Source: Macrostomum hystrix
Lineage: Eukaryota; Animalia; Platyhelminthes
Direction of reading: 5' to 3'
Length of the DNA stretch: 64,000 bases
Assembly: GCA_950097015.1 (NCBI GenBank)
Contig: CATNEN010000041.1
Location: 868,001 to 932,000, forward strand
The notes under the pieces are model-generated. The model was not told the DNA's origin and ran no database searches. It saw only the letters and a program-made list of their open reading frames with translations. The position numbers and the translations under genes were made by a program. This document shows, piece after piece, positions 24,733-40,938 of the stretch; positions within the stretch are counted from its first letter, which is position 1, and each line of letters starts with the position of its first letter.

Positions 24733-25129
24733 ATTCACATCGAATGGTCAAAAAAATCGGTCAAACAGCCTCGTAGGAGATGCGAATTATGCATATTCGA
24801 GCGTATACATAGAAAAAAGACAGGCTTTTTCCTATATATAAGAACAGGAAATTGAAATAGATAATTTTAAGCCTGCTATGACCATAGTAGGAAAATTTGG
24901 CATCTTTTGATGTTGGTCTCTCATCACAGTTGGCAACCGTCTAGGAGGAGGTTCGTTACAAACCCGTCCCGCCCGCCCGTCGTCAACGTCAGCTTTAGTA
25001 TTATTAGGATAGTAGGCGTTTTTATTACAGTTACTTAGCTCGTAGAGCTTGAGAACAAGGTTTTATAATGTCGTCAAGAGTAAACAGCAGTGAACTATTG
25101 AGGGCAACAACCGATGATTAAGAATAAAG

Positions 25130-25826
25130 TGAGTTGGGCTCATATCGCAACAGAACGGCAGAGCGCTGTCGCTCTGGCTGGACAGCTGGAGGAGGTTCCG
25201 AATCGCGACACGCTGCTAGTGCTCGGAGACCTGAACGCAGCCCCGCGTATAGGTCCGAACGGTCGCCTTTCATCACGTGACGCGAAAATGGCAACACGGA
25301 TGCACTAGAAGACCTGCTCGAGCGACTGGATCTGGTGTCTGCAAACACGCGATTCCGGCGGAATGCGCCTCCTCCTGACATGCCGAGGCGCAGACGGGCA
25401 GACGACCACGCTCGCACGCTGCCAGCGGTTCACCTACTCCGGCGGTCTGGTGCCTCGTGGAGGAGGACATCCGAGTACGAAGAGGACTCGCCTGGGCGGT
25501 CGGTACGCACCGTCCTCCAGTCCAAAGCGCTGCCCGACAGTCAGAGGGCTCGGCTGTGGCAAGAGGTAGTTGAGACCTGCTGCTGTACAACGCCGAGACG
25601 TGGACGCTGACAGCTACGCTAGTGCGGTAGACGGACTCAACGCTCTCGGGGCTGCTCTGCGCTGCCTTTGAAGCTGACGAGAGCGTCGTGACCGAGGCCC
25701 TGTACGAGAGGGCCCAGCTGCAACGCCCGTCCACCATCCTGCGCCGGCCCCCACTCTCAACGCTGAACTCTGTGACTAGCGGGCCGTGTAGCTTGTCGTT
25801 GTTGTTGTTGTTTTGTTGTTTTTGTT
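25130..25826 (+). mobile_element. Internally deleted non-LTR retrotransposon (RTE-like LINE) remnant
   Basis: APE endonuclease motif EVPNRDTLLVLGDLNA...DLVSANTRF joined by frameshifts to the RT C-terminal motif LLYNAETWTLT; (GTT)n-type tail at about 25795-25826. Confidence 0.8.
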
Positions 25827-25854
25827 CAGATTAAGGAGCTCATCATTAACTTTA

Positions 25855-25946
25855 GGTTGAGCAGCTGATTATATCTTCAGGTTGAGCAGCTGATTATATC
25901 TTCAGGTTGAGCAGCTGATTATATCTTCAGGTTGAGCAGCTGATCA
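25855..25946. repeat. 25-bp variant of the 26-bp minisatellite, about 4 copies
   Basis: Unit AGGTTGAGCAGCTGATTATATCTTC. Confidence 0.9.
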
Positions 25947-26481
25947 TTTTCCTGTGGTTGCAGAGCACCTAGTTTAGCAGCTTCTCATCATTTTCAGGTT
26001 CTACAGACTCACAATATGTTTAGTTTGCACAGTTACTCATGATAGTTTCAAACTGAGTCATTATGCATAAACCATGTATAACAGGCTAGACAGGGCGAAC
26101 GCGCAGTTGACTGAATTACCATTCGAAGTAAAATTTAACAAACATTAATTTTTTTTAAAGCGGCATTAAATCGGTCCAGTACACAATACACAAAATTATA
26201 TGCGACATATATACATATTTCTCCACACAATATATTATATAAAAGATATGAAAATTGTAAGTTAAACTGCAGTCTCCACACTAGATACAATTACCAAACC
26301 AGGTGCCGGTTAAACGCAACTGTTGCTGCCTTATATAGAATATAGAATATATATGGCAATATGTGCATATCAGTGCATGAAATAAAATTCTGCTCATATC
26401 TGGATTGCAACGCCCAATTATATTGGAACTACGCGCGCCTCGCTACGCGCCTCGATCGACCGCCATTAACTTGCTCGGCAC

Positions 26482-26633
26482 CCAACCGGTAAAAGCATTA
26501 TAAGGCTTCAGGCCATAGACAAATCAACTCCCCCTATAACGCTATCTGGCGGCTGTCGGTCGACAAGCAACGGCGTTATTGGGGGAGTTGATTTGTCTAT
26601 GGCCTGAAGCCTTATAATGCTTTTACCGGTTGG
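26482..26633. repeat. Foldback inverted repeat: 61-bp arms (1 mismatch), 30-nt loop
   Basis: 26482-26542 is the reverse complement of 26573-26633; a third 16-bp partial arm lies at 26773-26788. Confidence 0.95.
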
Positions 26634-26899
26634 TAAAATACTTTAATTGATAATTAAAGAAACAAATATAAGCGTCCAAATTTTGTCAGCTTCTGGCTCA
26701 TGGCGGATTGGCGCAGTTTGTGCCATAGACATGCCATTATCGCTGAGTGATCGTTTATACCATAATACGTTGCTGAAGCCTTATAATGTGACGTGTTCTT
26801 GCCTTAAAGACTAGCGCAGAGTTTTATCGCGCTTATAGCTGGCTTAATCTATGGCCATCTTTGAAGTCAGACAGCTGGCTATTTTGTTGGCTGTGGTTG

Positions 26900-27787
26900 G
26901 GAAGGGAGCATCGAGTAAAATGAAGCTATTATATGTAGTCCCTGATAAACATGATTTCACAACATGCTGAAAGCATCGTATGCTAGTATACGAGCGTACA
27001 CGAGTTGATAATAGCATCATTACAGTTTTGATATAAATCCATGAAAAATGAAAACTTGCATGGAAAGTGTAGATGACAACGTAAAGAACTGACTTTTTCA
27101 TGAACGATTTTGAATCTAAACTTTGCGGCACAGATGAATCGGCAATTCTGTTATTTTAGTTAAAAAGCTAATGCTAAATTTCGCTTTGCTTGTTGATGGG
27201 GTTGATGTTGCGGCGTAGCTGGAGTCGAAGAAGTTCAGCAGTCGGAAAAAAACAGGTAACAATCGGATGACAAAGGGCTTTCCACCAAGAAGAGGCTTCA
27301 CCATGATGACTGGCACTGTTCTATTGCGTCGGTCTAAATCTAGTTTAATCAAGAAATCGTTAGATATTACGCTAAGCATTGTAGACGAGACCCATTCGAA
27401 TAGAGCAACAATTAGGTATATACAAATGAATACCTTGGATTTGCACAAGGAAAAGACGGTAGAACTCCGACGAAAATAGAGGGCGGATCTTTCGGTACTT
27501 CAAAGCGGCATTTTTGAGCATGGGAGCACCCGGCGGCCAGTGTTTAGCGCAGATCCCCATGTGATCTGTTACGGACTGAAATGAATAAGTATGGATGCAA
27601 CGTGAGTCGCATGTGAACCTGACTAATTGATTATGTAAAGCGCCTTAATTACCACAATAGAATTCGGCAGGGCTTTCCCACATCTCTCTCGCTCATCCAG
27701 ATCCTTTGGAAACATATGTACTTTTGTTGTTGATCTTTCAGAGTCGTAAACAGAGTTGCAGCCAGCAACATTGCATTTTCGTGGCAT
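26900..27787 (-). pseudogene. Spliced THAP zinc-finger / P-element-like transposase remnant
   Basis: Exon 27787-27653 MPRKCNVAGC...HMFPKDLDERERC, 77-nt GT-AG intron, exon from 27575 SVTDHMGICAKHW; C2CH ligands complete; PKDPPSIF box in a shifted frame; downstream frames broken; left boundary approximate. Confidence 0.72.
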
Positions 27788-28030
27788 TAATTATGAAGGT
27801 AGTTTGAGAAAAGAAAATATTTCATTGTCCTTTTGATTTGCAGACTTACTATAGGATTCAATACAGGGTTTTTAGTGCTATTATATAGAAGTCCTCGTTG
27901 TAAACCGATGATCAAAGACAATGCATTAAAAGCGTGCATTGAACGTCCCGCGGTCCCTAATTGGCTAAAAGCATTTAATGCACTTAGATTGACATAGCAT
28001 TTGCAATCGATTTACAATAACGACTTTAAC

Positions 28031-28625
28031 CAAAGAGTATTGAGGTCGCCTAGTATAGAGTGCCAATAAGGACGAAATCTGAAGCCGATTTTTAGAATCC
28101 ACCCACCCCCTCCGGTCACCAAGCTTTTTAGTCTATGGCACAAGTTGTGGCTAGAATGGTGTTCAAAGCCAATGCTCAGAAATATAAGACATTATTTCTT
28201 ATATTTTTTGCGTTTCCCACTGCTGCACCTCCACTCTGCCTGTTTATCACTTATGTTTTTGTCTTTCCGACTCTGCTGCAAGAATCCTGCTCAACTTCTT
28301 TTCTCCTTACACAATGCAATCAATGTACGTACGGTTACAGTATAGATACAGAAATAAAGTCTTTAGGACGTTTTAAGCATACGCATAGTATATACCTTTT
28401 TACGTTCTAGAACGTAAAAAGGTATACTTGTCCAGCTACATCAGCTACTTGTATTTTTCTATGTATACTCCTATTTTTAGCATTGGCTTTGTACACCATT
28501 CTAGCCACAACTTGTGCCATAGACTAAAAAGCTTGGTGACCGGAGGGGGTGGGTGGATTCTAAAAATCGGCTTCAGATTTTCGTCCTTATTGGCACTCTA
28601 TACTAGGCGACCTCAATACTCTTTG
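28031..28625. mobile_element. 595-bp MITE, about 146-bp TIRs, 8-bp TSD (P or hAT superfamily)
   Basis: TIR starts CAAAGAGTATTGAGG; arms 28031-28176 and 28479-28625 differ by one indel and one substitution; TSD ACTTTAAC on both flanks. Confidence 0.9.
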
Positions 28626-29389
28626 ACTTTAACCCACTTGTCAGCTCTAGCAAAGTTGAAAAAAACATGAACCATAGACAGCTAAAAAAGCCAGCATCAT
28701 AAGAAATTTTGTAGATTTGCCTAGAATTCTGTCTTGGTGGTTTGAGTAGTCCCTGCTACATCTAATCCGATTAAATTTCAACGATGTGTGCACTTAATGT
28801 GTGCAGAGAATTTTTTTTGTTTCTTTTTATTTAGACACCCTAAAGTCACTGAACCTAAAATCAGCTATAGTCTCGACCCATAATTTCCCAGGCACAAAAA
28901 TGTGAGAAAAACGCGGTCTCGTTTTCATAGTAAAAAGTTAATTTTTGAGGTTTAAAAAGTTTATTTTTGTTGAGACTGGGTGCGACCCCGCACAGCGATA
29001 GGTGCGCTCAGATCCATTTGCTCGAGATAAAAAGTATTTTTTGAAGGTTGTAAAAAGAGAATTTCGACGAAAGAAAAACGATGTTCACAAAATTTTGTTC
29101 CTGACATATCCTCATTGCCACTTGAAAGCTGAATTGTTAGCATATGAGCAAAGCGTTGGGATGGGATTTTACATTGAAATCCTTCCTATAATGTATATCG
29201 GTCAAGAACTTTTAATTTATACATTTGCTAAGTTTTTCTTTACATTCTGCACTTGGCGTCCCTACTTTGTATAGTTCTAGGTGATTAGGGATAAACTTTG
29301 TTGCAAAATCCTAACCGAAATATTTAAACATTCAAGTGGCAATTCAGTATGCAGTTCATCTAATGAGTTAGTTCATTACGATTTGTCCC

Positions 29390-30388
<999 letters not shown>

Positions 30389-32072
30389 CTAGCTAGGCAT
30401 AGGCCTAGAAGCCAAGACTACCTACTAACTAGGGCCTATTTATTTGGACCACTATTTAGTAGGCCTATCATTCAGTTTTACAAAACTCATTATACTGGAG
30501 TGGTTTATCAACTGAACCTATAAATTACAATATAAACAAAAAAACGTAATATAAACGCAATTACTTACATTATGATTTGTGATAATGAAAATGTAGGCTA
30601 ACTGTTGACAAATCAAAGAGAAGGCCTAATCACACAAGCGATTGCTGTTGAGGAAATTAAGGGCTTAGAAATTCAACATGGCTGACGTCGCTGCTTATAT
30701 ATAAATTAAGAATGTGTATTAAAACAAAAAGTAAACACAAAAGTCGTTTTTTAGTTTATATTATACGTATTAAGCAAAATTATATATAAAAATTATTTTT
30801 TGTTGACATTATTACAACATTTTACGAATCAAAACTTGGTAATTATTCCATGCCAAATGCATAAAGCCGGTTTGTTTCTAACATCAACATCTAACAACCA
30901 ACCTAACATATTAACCTTTTCTAACAATCTAACATTGATGACTTAGTATCTGTTGTACTTGTAAGTTTTTGCTTATCTGTAAGTCCTAAATAAAAAAATA
31001 TATATACAAAATACTTCGTAAAATTTGCCAATGGTTTTTTTATGAAAAATAAAATAAACGAATAAATTGAAATTGAAGATTAATCGAAAGTATTCTCGGA
31101 ATTTCCCCATGCCATGCATAGCTAGCTATATTGAATTTTAAACCTATTAAATTTTCCGACACACACACAATTGAGCCAACCCAAAACACTTCAATCACCA
31201 TGTCCCACTAAGTGCGGTATTTTTATGTAGTGGGGTGTCCTCTAAAGCCCTTAGGTTAGGCTTGACCTTTAATAAATATATCAGTAATCTTTGATAGGTC
31301 CAACTGAGGCAAAACTTCAGTTGGCACTCTAAATCATTTTAATGTATTTGTCGTAGGGCCTAATCAAATATAGGATGTTGCCAAACATGCTTGGGCAGGA
31401 CTGCGCCACATGAATTCTTGAAGGTTTATCACTCAAACAGTTTATCACTTGTCCCATGGCCATTAATGGCATGAATTTTTAACTTGCAAAGGGCCCACAT
31501 AACTTTGATTATATGTGTTTGGGCCTTGGGCTGTTAGGATTTCTCATCTCCATTAGGTACAAGGGCAACTAGTCGGATTACAGAGGATGATGCTATAGTC
31601 ATGACTCATGAGTTCTGTACCTGTAGGTGAGATTGGCCTGAAATTGGCTGAAATTTGCAATAGGGCCTATGTTTAGAGTGGGAAACTGAAGTTATGAATA
31701 GACTCTATTAGGTTTGAAGTTTATAGCTAGTCCTGTTTATTTGCCATTCTCCTAGGCCTAATAATATGAAATAGGCATGCCCATCTAAAATTATACTTTT
31801 GCAACTAAAATTCCCTAAGTACCATAAGGCACTTCCTGGCACTAAAGTGGTTATCCTGTGACTGTGATAAAGAAGCTATTTCATAGAAAATGGTTTTCTT
31901 TTTTAACCTTAGCATTCCTAAAAACCCTTTTAGACTGAGATATATAAACCTACTAAAACTATAACTACTTTATATGATAGGCCCATACATGCACAACTTC
32001 CCAAATTTACACCGGCCGTGCGACTTCGTTTTTAAAAAAAATGCGACATACCTATGCCCAAATTTTTTATCT

Positions 32073-32136
32073 GGGTAAACGGCAGGGGTAACTATGACTG
32101 TGTTGCAATAGTAAAATGCCTCGTCATCTAATTAGT
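32073..32136 (+). pseudogene. Isolated 64-nt fragment of 28S rRNA domain IV (helix 69-71 region)
   Basis: 54/64 identity by eye to the conserved eukaryotic GGGTAAACGGCGGGAGTAACTATGACTCTCTTAAGGTAGCCAAATGCCTCGTCATCTAATTAGT; no other rDNA nearby. Confidence 0.85.
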
Positions 32137-32254
32137 CTTCCGCTGGCAGCAGAGTGCACTCTGGCGACTCGATCGTCGGCGTGAATGAAATTGGCGAGGT
32201 CAGCTGCGTGGCGTCGCCCGTCAAGCTGCTTCCCTGCTTAGCTTAGCCCCCTCT

Positions 32255-32720
32255 GAATGCGACTTACTTACCTTGGAATGCGACTTACTTCCCTCTGATT
32301 GCGACTTACTTCCCTCTGATTGCGACTTACTTCCCTCTGATTGCGACTTACTTCCCTCTGATTGCGACTTACTTCCCTCTGATTGCGACTTACTTCCCTC
32401 TGATTGCGACTTACTTCCCTCTGATTGCGACTTACTTCCCTCTGATAGCAACTTACTTCCCTCTGATAGCGACTTACTTCCCTCTGAATGCGACTTACTT
32501 CCCTCTGATTGCGACTTACTACCCTCTGATTGCGACTTACTTCCCTCTGATTGCGACTTACTTCCCTCTGATTGCGACTTACTTCCCTCTGGTTGCGACT
32601 TACTTCCCTCTGATTGCGACTTACTTCCCTCTGAATGCGACTTACTTCCCTCTGATTGCGACTTACTTCCCTCTGATTGCGACTTACTTCCCTCTGAATG
32701 CGACTTACTTCCCTCTGATT
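32255..32720. repeat. 21-bp minisatellite, about 22 copies
   Basis: Unit GCGACTTACTTCCCTCTGATT; 7-aa periodic ORFs. Confidence 0.95.
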
Positions 32721-33719
32721 GCAGATTTTGTCACGTTTTTGCTTCTTTCCCCATTTGCTTTCCTTCCTTTCTTCTTTCCTTTCTCTGCTTTCCTCCTTTT
32801 CCTGCCTTCTTTTCTTTTTTTCCACTCGTTTTTTTCTGTCCGATTTTTTTCTCGGGTGGCCATTTTTGCGACTTACCTTGCTCGGCCGCTCGTCACCCGG
32901 CCGGGTGTTGCGCATGTATGGATAGGCCTAAGGTTCAAAAAGCCCATGATTTTACCTATTTTACCTAATTTTATGAAAGCCACAAGAGCCATTATTAGTA
33001 TTCAATAGTTTCCCTTAAATGTTTGATAATATTAATTAGCTAGGCCTATTCTCCCACAAAAAATACCCAACTTGAAATTCCCTAATTCCCCAACCCTATG
33101 CTCTGCTAAATGTGGTCATCAAAATGGACTTCTTTTTTAGCTCACCCCTAATGACCATATAAACATAGATTTATGAACCTAGCTACTAAAATATAAACTT
33201 GTTTATAAGATTAAAATTTTAAGAAGCCTAAAAGCACATGGCAAAGATAATGTAAAAAGCACTGATACTATCAACTAGCTATGAACTATAGTTAAAAATG
33301 TATTAATAAGCTAATGCCTTGGGCAAAAATAGCCTTACCTGCAATTAGACAACACTATGAAACAGATCAATAACAAGATAGTCGAAGCATAACTTTTAAG
33401 TATAATAATAGCTAGATTTCCACCTCACATTACATATATAGCTATGGGAAGTTCTAGATGTATATATTTTTACAAACTATACAGTTATCAATATATTATG
33501 GGAACTTTTGTTTCCTGTATCTAGTTCCATATCCTGATTTCCCCTCACTCAAACATTTAACAAATATACATGGTTCATGAAAATTCCATACATATCTTGT
33601 ATTTGAAGATTTAAGCCTCAGGATGTGAGAGTTAAACTGATCATGCAATCAGCTATATAGCTATTTACACTTAAAGTTACATTAGGCCTACTATTAATTA
33701 TAATTTTCAGTGCTGTTAA

Positions 33720-37517
<3,798 letters not shown>

Positions 37518-38444
37518 GCCTTGTTCTCTGATCCCATTGTGGGATTTTTCCTACTTTTTTATACAAGCTAGAAGTTTAGGATTTGATTTTCCGAAATTCA
37601 AAGAGCTACAGAAACTGAAGTTCGTTTGCTGTGCATCGTGCTTGACTTAATTGAATTCTCTAAACCTTTTCGCGTGTTCGTGTTTGCATTATGCTACTCA
37701 TGTGAGTTCATTAAGTAGCGCATCATGCTTATGTTTGATCCACTTTCCAGTTTCCAAGTTTGGGACACGAAATACAAAGCCGAGCCGTCGCGTTGCCTTT
37801 GCTCTCTTTTTTCATTTCGCCGCTCACATTTTCTACTTTCCTGCTCTCCAATTTTGCTATGCTTGACAGTTGGAGCACTTGAAATCTGTATTGACTGCGC
37901 TGTCTTCGGCAGTCTTTCTTACTTTTTAGGCACAAAAACGAAGATCCTTTTTGGGAATTCGCTTTGGGATTTAAGGATCGGTTTTGTGATTCGGGGATGA
38001 GTTTTATGGTTTTGATTAGGTTTTGGATTTGAGAATAAGCTTTAGGATTTAGGGACTAGAAATTTGTATTAGTGTGTGTTCTGCTGAGTTATAGGATTTG
38101 CAAATCTGGTTTCGGTTCGTTACATTGGAGATCAGTTGAGAACACTTGTCCAACACATTTTGATTTGCTAATTTATCAATCATGTTCCAGTGAATTTTAT
38201 ATTTAGTAAGAGCCATGGGTCTCTTTTCGGATTGGAAAAGTACAGATTTTGCAAAGCAGCCGGGTTTTAAGCCATTTGTACATCAGAAATTACATTGCGA
38301 TTCAGCTATCGTTACGTGCGTTCTAGCTCTAAACTGGAATAATTAGTGATGGAATTGTACTATTACACATGCGCATGCAGCTGTTGCATAGGAGTTCTAC
38401 TCATACTACCTGTTAGATTTTCAACTGTAGCAAGCATCCCAGCT

Positions 38445-40368
38445 TCACTCGTAGATGGGCGGGGGCTCGTCCTTCGGTGTCTCGGCCTGACTGAAGTCGG
38501 CGCCATAATTGTCGTAGCCCGGGTAAGCCGGGGGCGCCTCGCTGAATGGCTTGGTGGCTACTGCGTTGGATCTGCGTGAAATTTTGTTAAAAACTCGTAA
38601 TTTTAACTGCTCTTAGCATGTGCGATAGAGTCTACTGATAGTAGAAAGTATAATATTTGTTTGTTCGAAAACCAATAAATTCGATACAGACTTCGATTAG
38701 CGTACAGTCGAACGGGGGCTTACCCAGCCGAGGCGGCCTTGGCACAGGTGATGCAAACATAGCACAGCAGGCCGATGCCCGCTAGGCCCAGAGCGACTCC
38801 CACAGCTACGCCGGCGATTCTACCTCCGCTGTTTGGATGCAAGGTGCGGCAAAAATGTGTGAGTCGCTTTTCTTTCGAGACATTACAGAACAAACGAACG
38901 TGTCTTGCAGATATGTGCAGAGTTTTAAAGTTCACATTAGAGCTCCAATAGCTGCATGGACTCACTCGTCCCAGAAGCCGCAGCAGTACTCGGCATCATC
39001 GCTGCCGCAGCAGTAGATCTTGTCCTCGCGCCTATCCAACGGGCAGACGAACATGCCATAGGTTGACTGGTTCCTGTAGATCCAGGGCACGCGCACCGAG
39101 CTGTTGTACTCGCTGGGCAGCGGGTCCATGATGTTGAAGCACAATGGCGTGCTGGACTCCAGGCCGCTGGAGTGCGTCTGGCGCCAATACTGAGAACTCA
39201 GGTAGTAGCCAGACCTGTAAGCTCGGTACTTCACGGACCAACTGCGAATGACATTTTCAAATAAAGTTTTATTTTCTGAGCTATATTGAAACGATCGAGC
39301 AACAACAAACTGACCAGCATGCAGCTTCTCTGTGTTAAAGATGAAGGCTGTGAATGGCTGGGAGGCTAATAAGTCAGGTCCCAGCCGTCCCCATGACCTG
39401 GTGCTGGGATAACCAGTCCCATGACCTGGTGCTGGGATAGACCAGTCCCATGACCAGGTGCTGGGATAGACCAGTCCCATGACCTGGTGCTGGGATAGAC
39501 CAGTCCCATGACCAGGTGCTGGGATAGACCAGTCCCATGACCTGGTGCTGGGATAGACCAGTCCCATGACCTGGTGCTGGGATAGACCAGTCCCATGACC
39601 TGGTGCTGGGATAGACCAGTCCCATGACCTGGTGCTGGGATAGACCAGTCCCATGACCTGGTGCTGGGATAGACCAGTCCCATGACCTGGTGCTGGGATA
39701 GACCAGTCCCATGACCTGGTGCTGGGATAGACCAGTCCCATGACCTGGTGCTGGGATAGACCAGTCCCATGACCTGGTGCTGGGATAGACCAGTCCCATG
39801 ACCTGGTGCTGGGATAGACCAGTCCCATGCCAGGTGCTGGGATAGACCAGTCCCATGCCAGGTGCTGGGATAGACCAGTCCCATGACCAGGTGCTGATAA
39901 GAGAGTAAACAGGTCAGAAGAATTGTTGCAGGTGAGTGAGCAATCTAGCCCGGACTCACGCGAAAGATGTCACCACGAAAGTTGACATGCGAGAATAGGT
40001 GGTGGCGCCACTTGATCTCGAGTATGACCTGCTGCTGCTACGGCTGCTGCTGCTGCGACTGCTGCTACTTCGGCTGCTGCTGGAGCCCCTGCTGGCACCG
40101 TGTGCCGGCGCTGCTGGAAATCGGGTGATTTGCAATAAGTGCAGATAAGATTAACCAGTACTTATATAGTGACAGGTTGGAGAATGTGACAAGTGGGAAA
40201 TTTAACATGTGGGGAATGTGACAAATGAGGAATGTGCAGATGGGGCGGGAAAAATGCGAAGGGGGGAATGAGTGGCAAATTTATTAACAACTCTTACATA
40301 CCAAGTTCGGTTACCAGCAGCACGCAGCAGACTGAGAGCAGCCTGACAGCTAAGCTTTGTACTTTCAT
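38445..40368 (-). CDS. Shisa-like single-pass membrane protein; exons 40368-40302, 40113-39960, 39241-38966, 38828-38724, 38571-38445; 242 aa
   Basis: Signal peptide; Ser/Arg-rich segment; Cys-rich FVCPLDRREDKIYCCGSDDAEYCC; TM helix RIAGVAVGVALGLAGIGLLCYVC; cytoplasmic PPAY and PPIY motifs; intron phases 1,2,2,2 are mutually consistent. Confidence 0.75.
39385..39897. repeat. 29-bp minisatellite in intron 2 of the Shisa-like gene, about 18 copies
   Basis: Unit CCATGACCTGGTGCTGGGATAGACCAGTC. Confidence 0.95.
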
Positions 40369-40922
40369 CAGTCTGTAATCAAAAAGTAATTTGTATACTT
40401 TTGAAAACAGGTCGGTCCTATGTTTCACTCTCTGATCTTCAAGCAAAAGCTTTTCAGACAGGCTGCCTTTAAGCCCGCTTTAATTTTATTCTGTATATGC
40501 GAGACTTTATAGTTTCAGCAACTAAATCGGAGCAATGCAACGAGCAATGTCACTGCTCTATCCTATAGCATTGTGCATCATGCACTGTAAATAGCTTTTG
40601 TGTCTGTCATCCATCACGCACTATTTTTAGGGTCTTTGGTTGCTATGAATGATGGAGAGTTAGAGACAGCTGCTGAGTGGCCACTGGCCACGAGCCTCCA
40701 CCTCCATGAGTGCAACTTTCTGGGGCTCTAGGGTCCCACAGGCTAGATAAGCTGGCTACACTGGCAAAACTCGAAAATGATATAGAAAGGCGCAGCTCAT
40801 TTTGCACCTCTTAAAAAAATCGGAGCTTTTCTCTTAGGTTATCTTGCTACTCAGAGCCAGTGATAGAAGCTTTCGTAATTAATTATATATTTTTAATTCG
40901 CTCATTCCGCGATAATATGTGT

Positions 40923-40938
40923 GGCCCTGAAAAGGGCC
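40923..40938 (-). terminator. Orphan histone-type 3' stem-loop
   Basis: Minus strand reads TAAAAC-GGCCCTTTTCAGGGCC-AC, identical over 24 nt to the H1 stem-loop; no histone ORF upstream on that strand. Confidence 0.85.
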
